DNA of 64,000 nt from Gammaproteobacteria bacterium. Lineage in GTDB: Bacteria > Pseudomonadota > Gammaproteobacteria > GCA-002705445 > GCA-002716945. The notes beneath the pieces were generated by a model. That model saw nothing but the letters and a program-made list of their open reading frames with translations, was not told where the DNA came from and did not search any database. Below, piece by piece: positions 32,830 to 43,315 of the stretch; position 1 is the first letter of the stretch; each line of letters starts with the position of its first letter. The DNA is taken from assembly GCA_038142325.1 (NCBI GenBank), contig JAYQJW010000002.1, positions 416,001 to 480,000 on the forward strand, in the 5' to 3' direction. A program made the translations under genes and the position numbers.

Positions 32830-35800
32830 TGCATATATCTGAAACTACAGTAAAAAGACCTGTATTGGCTGCCGTTCTGAGCTTATTCGTAGTGCTTATA
32901 GGGATAGCCTCCTATGACAAACTTACAATAAGAGAATACCCAGACATTGACCGTCCAGTTGTGACAGTCACCACAGTATACAAAGGCGCATCATCAAAGA
33001 TACTTGAGCGAGATGTGACTCAAATTATAGAAGACTCATTAGCTGGTATATCAGGTATTAGAGAAATAACATCTGAAAGTAAAGATGAGGTTTCAAAAAT
33101 TCGAGTAGAATTTAATCTTGAAACTAAAATAGATTCAGCTGCAAACGATGTTAGGGATAAAGTTTCAAGAGTAGCTGCCTTGTTACCTGATCAAGCAGAT
33201 AGCCCTAGAATTGCTAAATCTGATTCTGATGCTCGAGCGATGATGTGGATTGGTTTCTCAAGCGATATATTAACCTCAATTCAATTAAATGATTACCTGG
33301 AAAGAAATGTTGTTGATAGGTTATCTATTCAACCTGGTGTTGCTTCTATTACTATAGGGGGTGAGCGAAAGTATTCTGTAAGAGTTTGGATGGATCCTGA
33401 ATTAATTTCATCTCGACAGCTAACTGTAATAGATGTCATCAAAGCAATTAAAGAGGAAAATATTGAAAGAGGCGCAGGTCGATTTGAATCTAAGGAGAGG
33501 GAGATTGGTTTAAAACTTGATTCCAAGCTCAAGACATTAGAAGAGTACAATAAAATTGTAATTAAGCACTATGGTGATTCTAAAATATATTTATCTGATG
33601 TAGCAAGAGTTGAAATCGGACCTGAATCAGATAGAGGATTTTTAAGAGCAAATAAAAAAAGTGCAATCGGACTAGGTATCGTAAGACAAACTAAGTCAAA
33701 TGTTCTTGATGTTGCAAATAGTATTAAATCAGAACTGGAACTTATAGAACCCTCTTTACCTGAAAGTATAGATATGTCAATTGGTTATGATCAGTCTAAA
33801 TTTGTAAATGAATCAATAAGCGAAATTCGATTTGCTCTGACAGTATCCATGATACTTGTTATCTTAATTATCTATTATTTTTTATCATCTAAGACAGCTA
33901 CAATAATACCAGCTGTTACTATACCAATTTCACTCATAGGCACTTTTTTCATTATATATATATTTGGTTATTCTCTGAATGTCCTTACATTTTTAGCGCT
34001 TGTATTAGCTATAGGCTTAATAGTCGATGACTCCATTGTTGTGATGGAGAATATAAAAAGAAGAATAGAGAATGGAGAGGATAATTACACTGCTTCAATA
34101 AATGGTGCAAAACAAATTACTTTCGTTGTAATAGCAACCACACTAGTTCTTGTAAGTGTGTTTCTCCCTCTATCTTTTATGGGTGGTAAAACCGGCAGGC
34201 TTTTCATAGAATTTGGGGTAGTTTTATCTTTCGCAGTTATTATTTCAAGTTTCATTGCACTTACATTAACTCCAATGATGTGCTCAAAACTACTGGAAAA
34301 TGATAAAAATAATACACAAAGACAATTATTTTTAAAATTTAAAGATTTCTATCATAAATCATTGATAGTGTCTCAATCTAATAAGAAAATCGTATACACC
34401 ATTACCATCTTTTTTATCATTATATCTATCCTATTGTTTCAATTTATATCAAAAGAAATTGCACCTTCTGAAGATCGAGGCCTATTTATTGTATCAGTGA
34501 ATGCTCCTGAGGGTTCATCTTTGGAATATACAAATAAAATGGTCACAAAAGTAGAAGATATTCTAATGAAATATGTAGAAAAAGGAGAGGTTAAAACTGT
34601 TTTTGCAATTGTAGCTCCTGGTTTCTCTGGACAACCTGGCAGTGTCAACTCTGCCTTCATATTTGCATCGCTAGTTCCGTGGGAAGACAGATCTAGGCAT
34701 CAAAAAGAAATTGTTCGAGAGATTTTTCCACAACTGATATCAATGCCTGGCGCTATGATATTCACTATTAACCCGCCAAGCTTAGGTCAAAGCCCATTTA
34801 AATCACCTGTGAGAGTTGTTATTAGCGGAAATGATTATAAAGAAGTGGGTGATTGGGGAATTTAGTAAAAGATATATCACAAGACATTGGTTTAAGAAAT
34901 GCTAGGATTGATTATAAGATTGATAAACCAAGATTAAATTTGAAAATTAACCGGGATGCAGCATCAAATCTTGGTGTGTCTGCCGATGATATTGCTACTA
35001 CACTTGAATCGCTGTATGGATCAAGACAAGTTACTAACTATTCATACAACGGACTTACATACAACGTTATCATAAAAGCAGATGATAATTTTCTTATTAA
35101 CGAAAGAAATTTGGATAATATTTTTATTAAATCAAGTACAACTAATAAATTAATACCTTTAAGTAATTTAGTTACTAATTTCAAAGAGGGGACTAGTAAT
35201 AGTTTAAAAAGAGTAAACAGATTACCCTCGGTGACTCTATCTTCTTCTATATCTCCAGGATCATCACTTGGTGATACTCTCGATAATTTGGTAAACAAAT
35301 CAAAAAATGCTCTCTCTTCTAATGCAAAATTATCCTTTGCAGGTGCCTCAAAAGAATATTTTGAAACTGGTTATAAACTTGAACTTACAATTATACTTGC
35401 CATCTTAGTTGTTTATTTAGTTCTTTCTGCACAATTTGAGAGTTTTAGAAATCCATTAATAATAATTTTAACAATACCTATTACGTTGACAGCTGGTATA
35501 TATTCACTTTTTGTTACAGGCACTTCGTTAAATGTTTATAGTCAAATTGGTTTTCTAATGTTAATAGGGCTTATAGCTAAAAATGGTATTTTAGTTGTAG
35601 AATTTGCAAATCAATTAAAACTAGAGGGTATGAAAAAAGCAGAAGCAATTGTAGAGTCATCGTTATTAAGATTTAGACCAGTTGTTATGACAACTTTATC
35701 GACATTACTGGGTGCTATCCCTCTCATCTTGAGTAGCGGTGCTGGTGCTGAAAGTCGATTTGCAATGGCAATTGTAGTATTTGGCGGAATAGGACTAGCC

Positions 35801-35860
35801 TCTTTTATCACCCTCTATCTAATTCCTGCCTTATATATTTTAATAGAAAAGGATGACTAA
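32829..35860 (+). CDS. RND family permease (AcrB/MdtB-like), frameshift near 34855
   Basis: KRPV, REYPDID, AIGLIVDDSIVV.EN, AQFES, GLIAKNGIL.VEF, RFRPVVMT. Confidence 0.93.
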
Positions 35861-36183
35861 TTCTTTGGAATAATCTTAAGACCTTTTTGTTTAGAATAAT
35901 ATGTCGATAAGTCGATGATGTCTTGCTCAGATAAGCCTGCTGCAAAACCACTCATAATTGCATTTTTTCTATCACCAGATTTATATGCTTTCAACGAATG
36001 TATCAGATAATTTTTATATTGACCTGCTAATCTTGGATACATCTTATTATTACTATTACCATCTGCTCCATGGCATGCAGCACATGTGATTGATTTTTCT
36101 TTTCCACGATCAAAACTTGAATCAGCCAGTGAAGAATGAGTAACAATTAAAAACAATACTAATATGAAATTTATCCTAATCAT
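35857..36183 (-). CDS. Monohaem cytochrome c (c4/c553-like)
   Basis: Signal peptide, CAACHG, YPRLAGQ, Met ligand in NAIM. Confidence 0.92.
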   Translation of the reverse strand: MIRINFILVLFLIVTHSSLADSSFDRGKEKSITCAACHGADGNSNNKMYPRLAGQYKNYLIHSLKAYKSGDRKNAIMSGFAAGLSEQDIIDLSTYYSKQKGLKIIPKN

Positions 36184-36485
36184 TGAATTGACTCGAAATA
36201 TTTAGCTATATCAATAATATCTTGATCAGATAGCCCTGAAGCATTTGCATGCATAGTCTCATGGTTTCTGTCTCTTTTTTGATAAGACTTCAATGCAGAA
36301 ACAATATAATCTGAATGTTGCCCACCTAATTTAGGTACTTTGTATGTAGGATATGTATTGTTGTATCCCTCAATAGCATGACAGCCTAAACAAGTTTCAG
36401 ATTTCTCTCTGCCTGTATACTCATCAGCATTCGATATAGAGAGTGTTAGGGAAAATAAGATTATGCTTTTAAATATAGCTTTCAT
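36180..36485 (-). CDS. Monohaem cytochrome c (c4/c553-like)
   Basis: Signal peptide, CLGCH, VPKLGGQ, HETM. Confidence 0.92.
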   Translation of the reverse strand: MKAIFKSIILFSLTLSISNADEYTGREKSETCLGCHAIEGYNNTYPTYKVPKLGGQHSDYIVSALKSYQKRDRNHETMHANASGLSDQDIIDIAKYFESIQ

Positions 36486-36583
36486 AAAATCTGTGGCATT
36501 ATAGCACTAAATTTATAAGAGATAAAATAAGATTTTTTTTGTATAATGTTGATGAAAATCAATAAATAACACACTCAAAAAAT

Positions 36584-36793
36584 ATGCCAATATATGAATA
36601 TAAATGTAAAGTCTGCGACAAGGTGTTCGAGGCTATGCAGAAAATATCAGATAAAAAACTTACTAATTGTAAGTGTGGTAAAAACGGTGCCGTTGAACGC
36701 ATGGTATCATCTTCTGGTTTTAGACTGAAAGGTTCTGGATGGTATGAAACCGATTTTAAGACAAAGAAATCAGAGAAAAAAACGGATACATAA
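36584..36793 (+). CDS. FmdB-family zinc ribbon protein
   Basis: MPIYEYKC..C, FRLKGSGWYETDF; usual position before aspS. Confidence 0.9.
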   Translation: MPIYEYKCKVCDKVFEAMQKISDKKLTNCKCGKNGAVERMVSSSGFRLKGSGWYETDFKTKKSEKKTDT

Positions 36794-36795
36794 GT

Positions 36796-38567
36796 ATGAA
36801 AAGACACTACTGTGGTCTCATTGACTCTGAATATATAAATGAGACTATAACTCTAAACGGATGGGTGAATACACGAAGAGATCATGGTGGAGTGATATTT
36901 ATAGACCTCAGAGATCATACTGGCCTTGTCCAGGCTGTTTTCAATCCTGATGTTAAAGATATTTTTGAAACAGCACAATCTATTAGATCCGAGTATGTTC
37001 TCGAGTTAAGCGGAGTAATTGCAAAAAGAAAAGAGGGTACCAATAACCCTGATATGCCAACAGGGGATATAGAATTAATAGTTGAGAAGGTTGATATACT
37101 TAACATATCACAAACTACTCCATTCAAAGTAAATGACAATAGCATTAACGAAGATTTAAGGCTGCAGTACAGATATATTGATCTAAGAAGTACGGAGATG
37201 CAAAATAATTTAAGATTTAGATCTAAGCTATACAGTGTCATACGTAATCATTTATCAGAAATAGATTTTAATGAAATAGAAACACCTATACTTACTAAGC
37301 CTACACCAGAAGGAGCTAGAGATTATATAGTTCCAAGTAGAGTACATAAGGGAAGTTTTTTTGCTTTACCGCAATCACCACAGTTGTTCAAACAGATGTT
37401 AATGATGTCTGGTTTTGATAAATATTATCAAATTGCAAAATGTTTTCGTGATGAGGATTTAAGAGCAGATCGCCAACCTGAATTCACTCAACTTGATATT
37501 GAATGCGCATTTTTTAATGAAGATCAAATTATGGAATTATCTGAATCTTTAATGAAAAAAATATTTAAATCTCTTATTGATGACAAGATATCATTAACTT
37601 TCCCACGAATCACCTTTAAAGAAGCTATTCTAAAATTTGGTTGTGACAAACCCGACCTTAGAAACCCACTTTTTTTAGTCGATATAGCTAATTATTTACA
37701 AAGTACTGAGTTTAAAGTTTTCAAAGATTGTGTTGATAGCCCTAATAGTAGAATAGCTGCTCTCAAAGTGCCGGGAGGCTTAAAGTTAACTCGTAAAAAT
37801 ATTGATGAATATACTGATTTAGTAAAAACATTTGGGGCAAAAGGACTTGCATATCTAAAAATTGAAAATATCGAGGATATAGATACTGGCATTAATTCTC
37901 CTATTAAAAAATTCTTAACCAATGATGAGATAGCCAATATCCTAAAATCTGTAGATGCATCTGATGGAGATTTAATCTTTTTCTCTGCAGATAAAAGTGA
38001 TGTTGTTAATAATTCTATGTCCGCCTTAATAACTAGAATTGGTAACGACCTCGAATTAATATCAGATGGATACAAATTTGCATGGATTGTTGATTATCCT
38101 ATGTTTGAGTATGAAAAAGGAACTAAAAAATTGACCTCACTTCATCACCCATTTACATCACCATCAGACACATCTGCTGAATATGATGATACTACATTAT
38201 CTAGAGCATATGACCTTACACTGAATGGTAATGAAATTGGCGGAGGATCAGTTCGTATTCATGATAAGTCAACTCAATTGAAGGTCTTCAAAGCTCTTAA
38301 TTTATCTGATGAAGAGATACAGAGTAAGTTTGGTTTTTTTATTGAATCTCTTGGTTTTGGATGTCCACCTCATGCGGGTATTGCATTTGGTTTAGATAGG
38401 ATTGTAATGCTTTTAAGAAATTTATCCTCCATAAGAGATACTATAGCTTTTCCAAAGACTCAATCATCAGCATGCTTGTTGACAGATGTGCACCGACCGA
38501 AATTAATTCTGAACAATTAAGAGAACTAAATATTAAAAAAGTAAACCCTCATAAATATGAATTCTGA
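36796..38567 (+). CDS. aspS: Aspartate-tRNA ligase (C-terminal frameshift near 38488)
   Basis: RRDHGGVIFIDLRD, PEGARDY, LPQSPQ, FRDEDLRADRQPEF, HHPFT, GGGS.RIH, GLDR. Confidence 0.98.
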
Positions 38568-39550
38568 TAATTATATAAATCAATTGAACTCGATAAAGAA
38601 ATTCTTATCAGAAAATAATGCCAAGTTGATATCTCATTATTATGTTGACTCTGAAATACAAAAGATAACAGAAGACACAGGGGGATGTGTTGCAGATTCC
38701 TTGCAAATGGCTAAATTTGGCACTCAACAAAAAGAACAAAATCTTATTATTGCAGGTGTTAAGTTTATGGGTGAAACCGCTAAAATACTCAACCCTGAAA
38801 AAAATATCTTTGTCCTTGATAAGGACGCAACATGTTCTCTTGACGAAAGTTGTAGTTATGAATCATTTAAGGACTATTGTGATAAATATCCTGATAGAGA
38901 AGTTGTTGTATATGCTAATACTAGCGCTAAAGTTAAAGCAATTGCTGATTGGGTTGTTACTTCAAGTATTGCAATACCTGTTATCGAGTCTCTAGTAAAA
39001 TCGGGTAAAAAAATTATCTGGGCACCTGATAAATATTTAGGTTCATACATTCAAGATCAAACTGGTATAGATATGAAAATTTGGGATGGATCTTGCGTTG
39101 TTCATGAAGAATATAAAACTCTTGAACTCAAAAAGCTGATTAATAAACTTGATGATTGTGAAGTCCTTGTTCATCCTGAATCCCCTCGTAGCATAATTCA
39201 ACTTGCTGACGTAGTTGGATCAACAACAAAATTAATTAATGCATCAAAATCTAGTAAATCTAAAAACATAATTGTTGCAACTGAAAAGGGAATCTTTTAT
39301 CAAATGAAAAAACTTTCGCCTGAGAAAAATTTCTATGAGGCTCCTACAGAAGGTGAAGGCGCTACATGTAAAAGTTGTGGAAGGTGCCCATGGATGAATC
39401 TTAATACTCTTGATAAAATTAAAAATATATTTAGCAGCTCAAAATGAAATAACATTAGACAGCGAAACTATTATTGCAGCAAAGAAATCTATAAATAGAA
39501 TGATAGACTTTGAAGATCAATATTTTAGCAAAAACCAGAGGGCATCATAA
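38557..39550 (+). CDS. nadA: Quinolinate synthase (C-terminal frameshift near 39443)
   Basis: HYY, DSL, GVKFMGE, ATCSL, YANT, CVVH, HPE, CPWM. Confidence 0.96.
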
Positions 39551-40263
39551 TGGCGGGACATAGTAAATGGGCTAATATACAACATAGAAAAAAAGCTCAA
39601 GATAATAAACGCGGTAAAGTATTTACAAAGATAATTAGGGAAATTACTGTTGCTGTAAGATTGGGTGGTCCTGATATTACAAGCAACTCAAGATTACGAT
39701 TAGCAATGACGAAGGCTAATAAAAATAGTGTACCAAAGGATACTATTGAAAGAGCAATAAAAAAAGGTTCGGGACAAAGTGACAGTTCATTTGAGGAAAT
39801 CACCTATGAAGGTTATGGCCCAAAAGGAATTGCTGTAATTATTGAATGTTTAACAGACAACAAAAACAGGACGGTATCTGAGGTGAGACATGCGCTTACG
39901 AAATATAATGGAAGCCTAGGAACAAAAGGTTCTGTATCTCATTTATTTAGAAAGATAGGAATACTCACACTAGTAGATTTTTCAGAGGATGATCTTATTA
40001 ATTATTTTGATGACATTGAAATATTAGATTATGAAGAAACAGAAAACAATTGCATCATCAATACCGATCCCTCTCAATTATTTGCTGTTAAATCATTTTT
40101 TGATTCTAAATCTGTACAGACAAAAGACGAGGAGCTTATTTTAGAGCCAATTACCATGTGCGATATATCTGATAGTGATATTGAACAAGTTCAGTTATTC
40201 ACCGATAACCTTGAGGAATTAGATGATGTTCAGAATATTTACACAAACGTTAATATAGTTTAG
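39550..40263 (+). CDS. yebC: YebC/PmpR family protein
   Basis: MAGHSKWANI, YEGYGP, TDN.NRT, LEELDDVQ. Confidence 0.97.
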   Translation: MAGHSKWANIQHRKKAQDNKRGKVFTKIIREITVAVRLGGPDITSNSRLRLAMTKANKNSVPKDTIERAIKKGSGQSDSSFEEITYEGYGPKGIAVIIECLTDNKNRTVSEVRHALTKYNGSLGTKGSVSHLFRKIGILTLVDFSEDDLINYFDDIEILDYEETENNCIINTDPSQLFAVKSFFDSKSVQTKDEELILEPITMCDISDSDIEQVQLFTDNLEELDDVQNIYTNVNIV

Positions 40264-40269
40264 TTCATC

Positions 40270-40767
40270 ATGACTATTATATTAGGTATTGACCCAGGCA
40301 CTAATAAAACAGGCTATGGGATAATAAACTATGATAAAAACGAACCAAAATATATACATCATGAAGTGCTAAAAACAGGTCTTAAAAATAAATATACTAT
40401 TAAACTATCTCTTATTCATGACAACACAAAAAGATTGATAGAAATCTATCAACCTAATGAAATTGCTCTTGAGTCTGTTTTTTTTAGTGTTAATGCAGGT
40501 ACAGCAATCAAGTTAGGCCAAGCAAGAGGTGCTGCACTATCAGCCTGCAGTGGAGAATTAAGAAATGTTTTCGAGTATAGTCCTAGAAAAGTTAAAATGA
40601 TTATAACTGGTAATGGCGCCTCAGATAAAGATGAGGTACAAAAATATGTTAAACGGAAACTTAGACTAAGAAGAAAACTTGAGGAGGATGCGTCTGATGC
40701 ATTAGGAGTTGCCTTATGTCATGGTTACACAAAAATTAATCATCCTGAACAAGTTAATTCTATATGA
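40270..40767 (+). CDS. ruvC: Holliday junction resolvase
   Basis: ILGIDPG, E.VF, LGQARG, EYSP..VK, DASDAL. Confidence 0.96.
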   Translation: MTIILGIDPGTNKTGYGIINYDKNEPKYIHHEVLKTGLKNKYTIKLSLIHDNTKRLIEIYQPNEIALESVFFSVNAGTAIKLGQARGAALSACSGELRNVFEYSPRKVKMIITGNGASDKDEVQKYVKRKLRLRRKLEEDASDALGVALCHGYTKINHPEQVNSI

Positions 40768-41414
40768 GTAAGGTAAATACATTAATTATTAATGAAATTT
40801 TTCATTCCATACAAGGCGAAACATCTCGTACAGGTTTACCAACCACATTTATTAGACTAACTGGATGTCCATTGAGATGCTCATATTGTGATACAGAATA
40901 TGCTTTTACTAATGGCTCCAAAATGTCATTCGATGAGATTATTAAAACACTTAAAAAATATAATTCAAAATATCTCACAGTCACTGGAGGTGAACCTCTT
41001 GCTCAGAAAAATGTATTATTATTTTTAGAAAAAGTATGTAATTTAAATTACTCAGTTTCAATCGAAACAAGTAATTGTCTTGATATCTCAACCATAGATT
41101 CCAGAGTTTCAATAATTCTTGACATCAAGACACCTGCATCTAATGAATCTGATAAAAATAAAATCGAAAACTACAGATATCTTAAACCTAAAGATGAGAT
41201 AAAGTTTGTTATATGTAACAAAGATGATTTCATATGGGCAAAAGAATATATCTCTGAATACAATTTAGATAATTATTGTCCTGTTTTATTCTCACCATCC
41301 TATGATGAGATGTCCATTGCTGAACTTGCAGAACTTATTATTGAACATTCTTTGAATGTAAGATTGCAAACTCAACTTCATAAAGTCATTTGGGGTAACA
41401 TAAATGGTCGATAA
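40764..41414 (+). CDS. queE: 7-carboxy-7-deazaguanine synthase (radical SAM)
   Basis: EIFHSIQGE, GCPLRCSYCDT, TGGEP, QLHK. Confidence 0.96.
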   Translation: MSKVNTLIINEIFHSIQGETSRTGLPTTFIRLTGCPLRCSYCDTEYAFTNGSKMSFDEIIKTLKKYNSKYLTVTGGEPLAQKNVLLFLEKVCNLNYSVSIETSNCLDISTIDSRVSIILDIKTPASNESDKNKIENYRYLKPKDEIKFVICNKDDFIWAKEYISEYNLDNYCPVLFSPSYDEMSIAELAELIIEHSLNVRLQTQLHKVIWGNINGR

Positions 41415-42078
41415 AAAAGCTATAGTTCTATTTTCCGGTGGCTTAGATTCTACCACAGTTCTACATCATGCAATTTCAGAGGGTTATAAATGTCTTGCTT
41501 TAACCATTGATTATAGCCAAAGACATAATTATGAAATTCAATCTAGTCAGAATTATTTAAATCATTATGATATTGATGGACTAATTTTTAAGATAGATCT
41601 CACGCAAATAGGCGGTTCTGCATTAACAGATGAAAAGATTGATGTTCCTATCGCTACTGATGATGAAATACCAATTACTTATGTTCCCGCAAGAAACACA
41701 ATTTTTTTATCTATCGCCTCAGCTTATGCTGAAAAATACAAGATTTATGATATTTTCATTGGTGTTAATCAGATTGATTATTCTGGCTATCCTGATTGCA
41801 GGCCTGAATTTATCAAGAGTATACAAACTTCAATCAATCTTGGAACTAAGTCAGGAGTAAATGGTTCTGATATACGTATCAACACACCATTAATTAATAT
41901 GTCAAAAAAAGAAATCATTAAATATGGTTATAATCTAGGTATTGACTATTCTAAAACAGTTTCTTGTTACCAACTGGATAATGAAGGAAGAGCATGCGGT
42001 AAATGTGATGCATGCAATTTTAGAAAAGAAGGATTTAGATTGGCGGGGATTGAAGACCCTACAAGATATAAAAATTGA
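41404..42078 (+). CDS. queC: 7-cyano-7-deazaguanine synthase
   Basis: SGGLDS, TYVPARN, YPDCR, SCY, CGKCDAC. Confidence 0.97.
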   Translation: MVDKKAIVLFSGGLDSTTVLHHAISEGYKCLALTIDYSQRHNYEIQSSQNYLNHYDIDGLIFKIDLTQIGGSALTDEKIDVPIATDDEIPITYVPARNTIFLSIASAYAEKYKIYDIFIGVNQIDYSGYPDCRPEFIKSIQTSINLGTKSGVNGSDIRINTPLINMSKKEIIKYGYNLGIDYSKTVSCYQLDNEGRACGKCDACNFRKEGFRLAGIEDPTRYKN

Positions 42079-42115
42079 AAAATTATTAAAAATATATAAA
42101 CTGTGATTTTGTACT

Positions 42116-43315
42116 ATGGAATCAGCAACAACAATATTAATTTACACTTCAATATTAGGGTTTATCCTTGGTTACGTTGTTAACAAAACTAATTTCTGCA
42201 CCATGGGTGCAGTGTCTGATTTAGTTAATATCGGGGATACATCTAGATTAAAAGCATGGTTTTTAGCAATCGCTATTGCGATTTTAGGAGTAACCATTTT
42301 AGAATTAGTCGGAGCTATAAATGTAAATGATTCAAGAATTCCATACAGGAACTCTGTTTTATTTTGGCCACGATATATTGTTGGCGGAATTATGTTCGGT
42401 ATCGGGATGACCCTAGCAAGTGGGTGTGGTAACAAGATTCTTATAAGAATAGGCGGCGGTAACTTAAAATCAATTTTTGTTCTTCTTATTGCAGGTCTAA
42501 TGGCACTTCTCATGACTCGAACTGATTTCTACGGACTCTTGTTCCACAGTTGGATGAGCCCATTAAGCCCTGACCTTGCTAAGCTTGGTATAAATGATCA
42601 ATCAATTCAGACTATAATTTCATCGATTTTTAGATTGGACTCTGGAAATATATTTTCAACTCTCTTTGTCCCATTAATAACAATATTTTTCCTATTCAAG
42701 TTTATATTTTCATCTAATAAAAAATTAAGCGCTGATAATATTACATCTGGTATTGTTGTTGGCTTAGTTGTAGTTTTTGCCTGGTTACTTACAGGTGGTC
42801 AGCTCGGGCAAGCATGGATTGAAAACAATGATTTTCTTGATACACCATACCCAGCAGTTGGCGTTCAATCATTTACATTTATTAACCCGATGGGTGAAGC
42901 TTTATTGTATACCACCAGTGGATTAAACTCATTTTTCCTAACATTTGGTGTAGCAGCATTATTGTCTACTATCTTTGGTTCATTTGTTTATGCACTCATC
43001 AGTAAAAACCTTAGACTTGAATGGTTTGTTAATAAACATGACTTTATAAGACATTTAGTTGGTGGCATTTTGATTGGTATCGGTGGAGTACTCTCTCTTG
43101 GTTGCACAATTGGTCAAGGAGTGACAGGTGTATCTACACTAGCCATAGGATCTATCATCACACTCATCTCAATAATATTTGGCGCTTCATTAATGATGAA
43201 AATCGAGTATTATAAAGCTGTATATGAAGACAGTAGTTTTTCTGAACTTCTTAAAAATTCGTTGATAGACTTAAGAGTGCTTCCAGAAAAAATTAGGACA
43301 CTTGAGAAAATTTAG
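42116..43315 (+). CDS. YeeE/YedE family sulfur-compound transporter
   Basis: Multi-TM protein with three conserved Cys motifs NFCTMG, LASGCG, LSLGCTIGQG. Confidence 0.9.
   Translation: MESATTILIYTSILGFILGYVVNKTNFCTMGAVSDLVNIGDTSRLKAWFLAIAIAILGVTILELVGAINVNDSRIPYRNSVLFWPRYIVGGIMFGIGMTLASGCGNKILIRIGGGNLKSIFVLLIAGLMALLMTRTDFYGLLFHSWMSPLSPDLAKLGINDQSIQTIISSIFRLDSGNIFSTLFVPLITIFFLFKFIFSSNKKLSADNITSGIVVGLVVVFAWLLTGGQLGQAWIENNDFLDTPYPAVGVQSFTFINPMGEALLYTTSGLNSFFLTFGVAALLSTIFGSFVYALISKNLRLEWFVNKHDFIRHLVGGILIGIGGVLSLGCTIGQGVTGVSTLAIGSIITLISIIFGASLMMKIEYYKAVYEDSSFSELLKNSLIDLRVLPEKIRTLEKI

Noticed and set aside
36552-36569. Tiny uORF MKINK after TATAAT upstream of the FmdB-like gene
   Set aside because: No coupling to the next start and no informative codons; likely chance
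40764-42078. queE-queC as part of a dpd DNA-modification or defence system
   Set aside because: Ordinary housekeeping position with no dpdA or nuclease genes nearby
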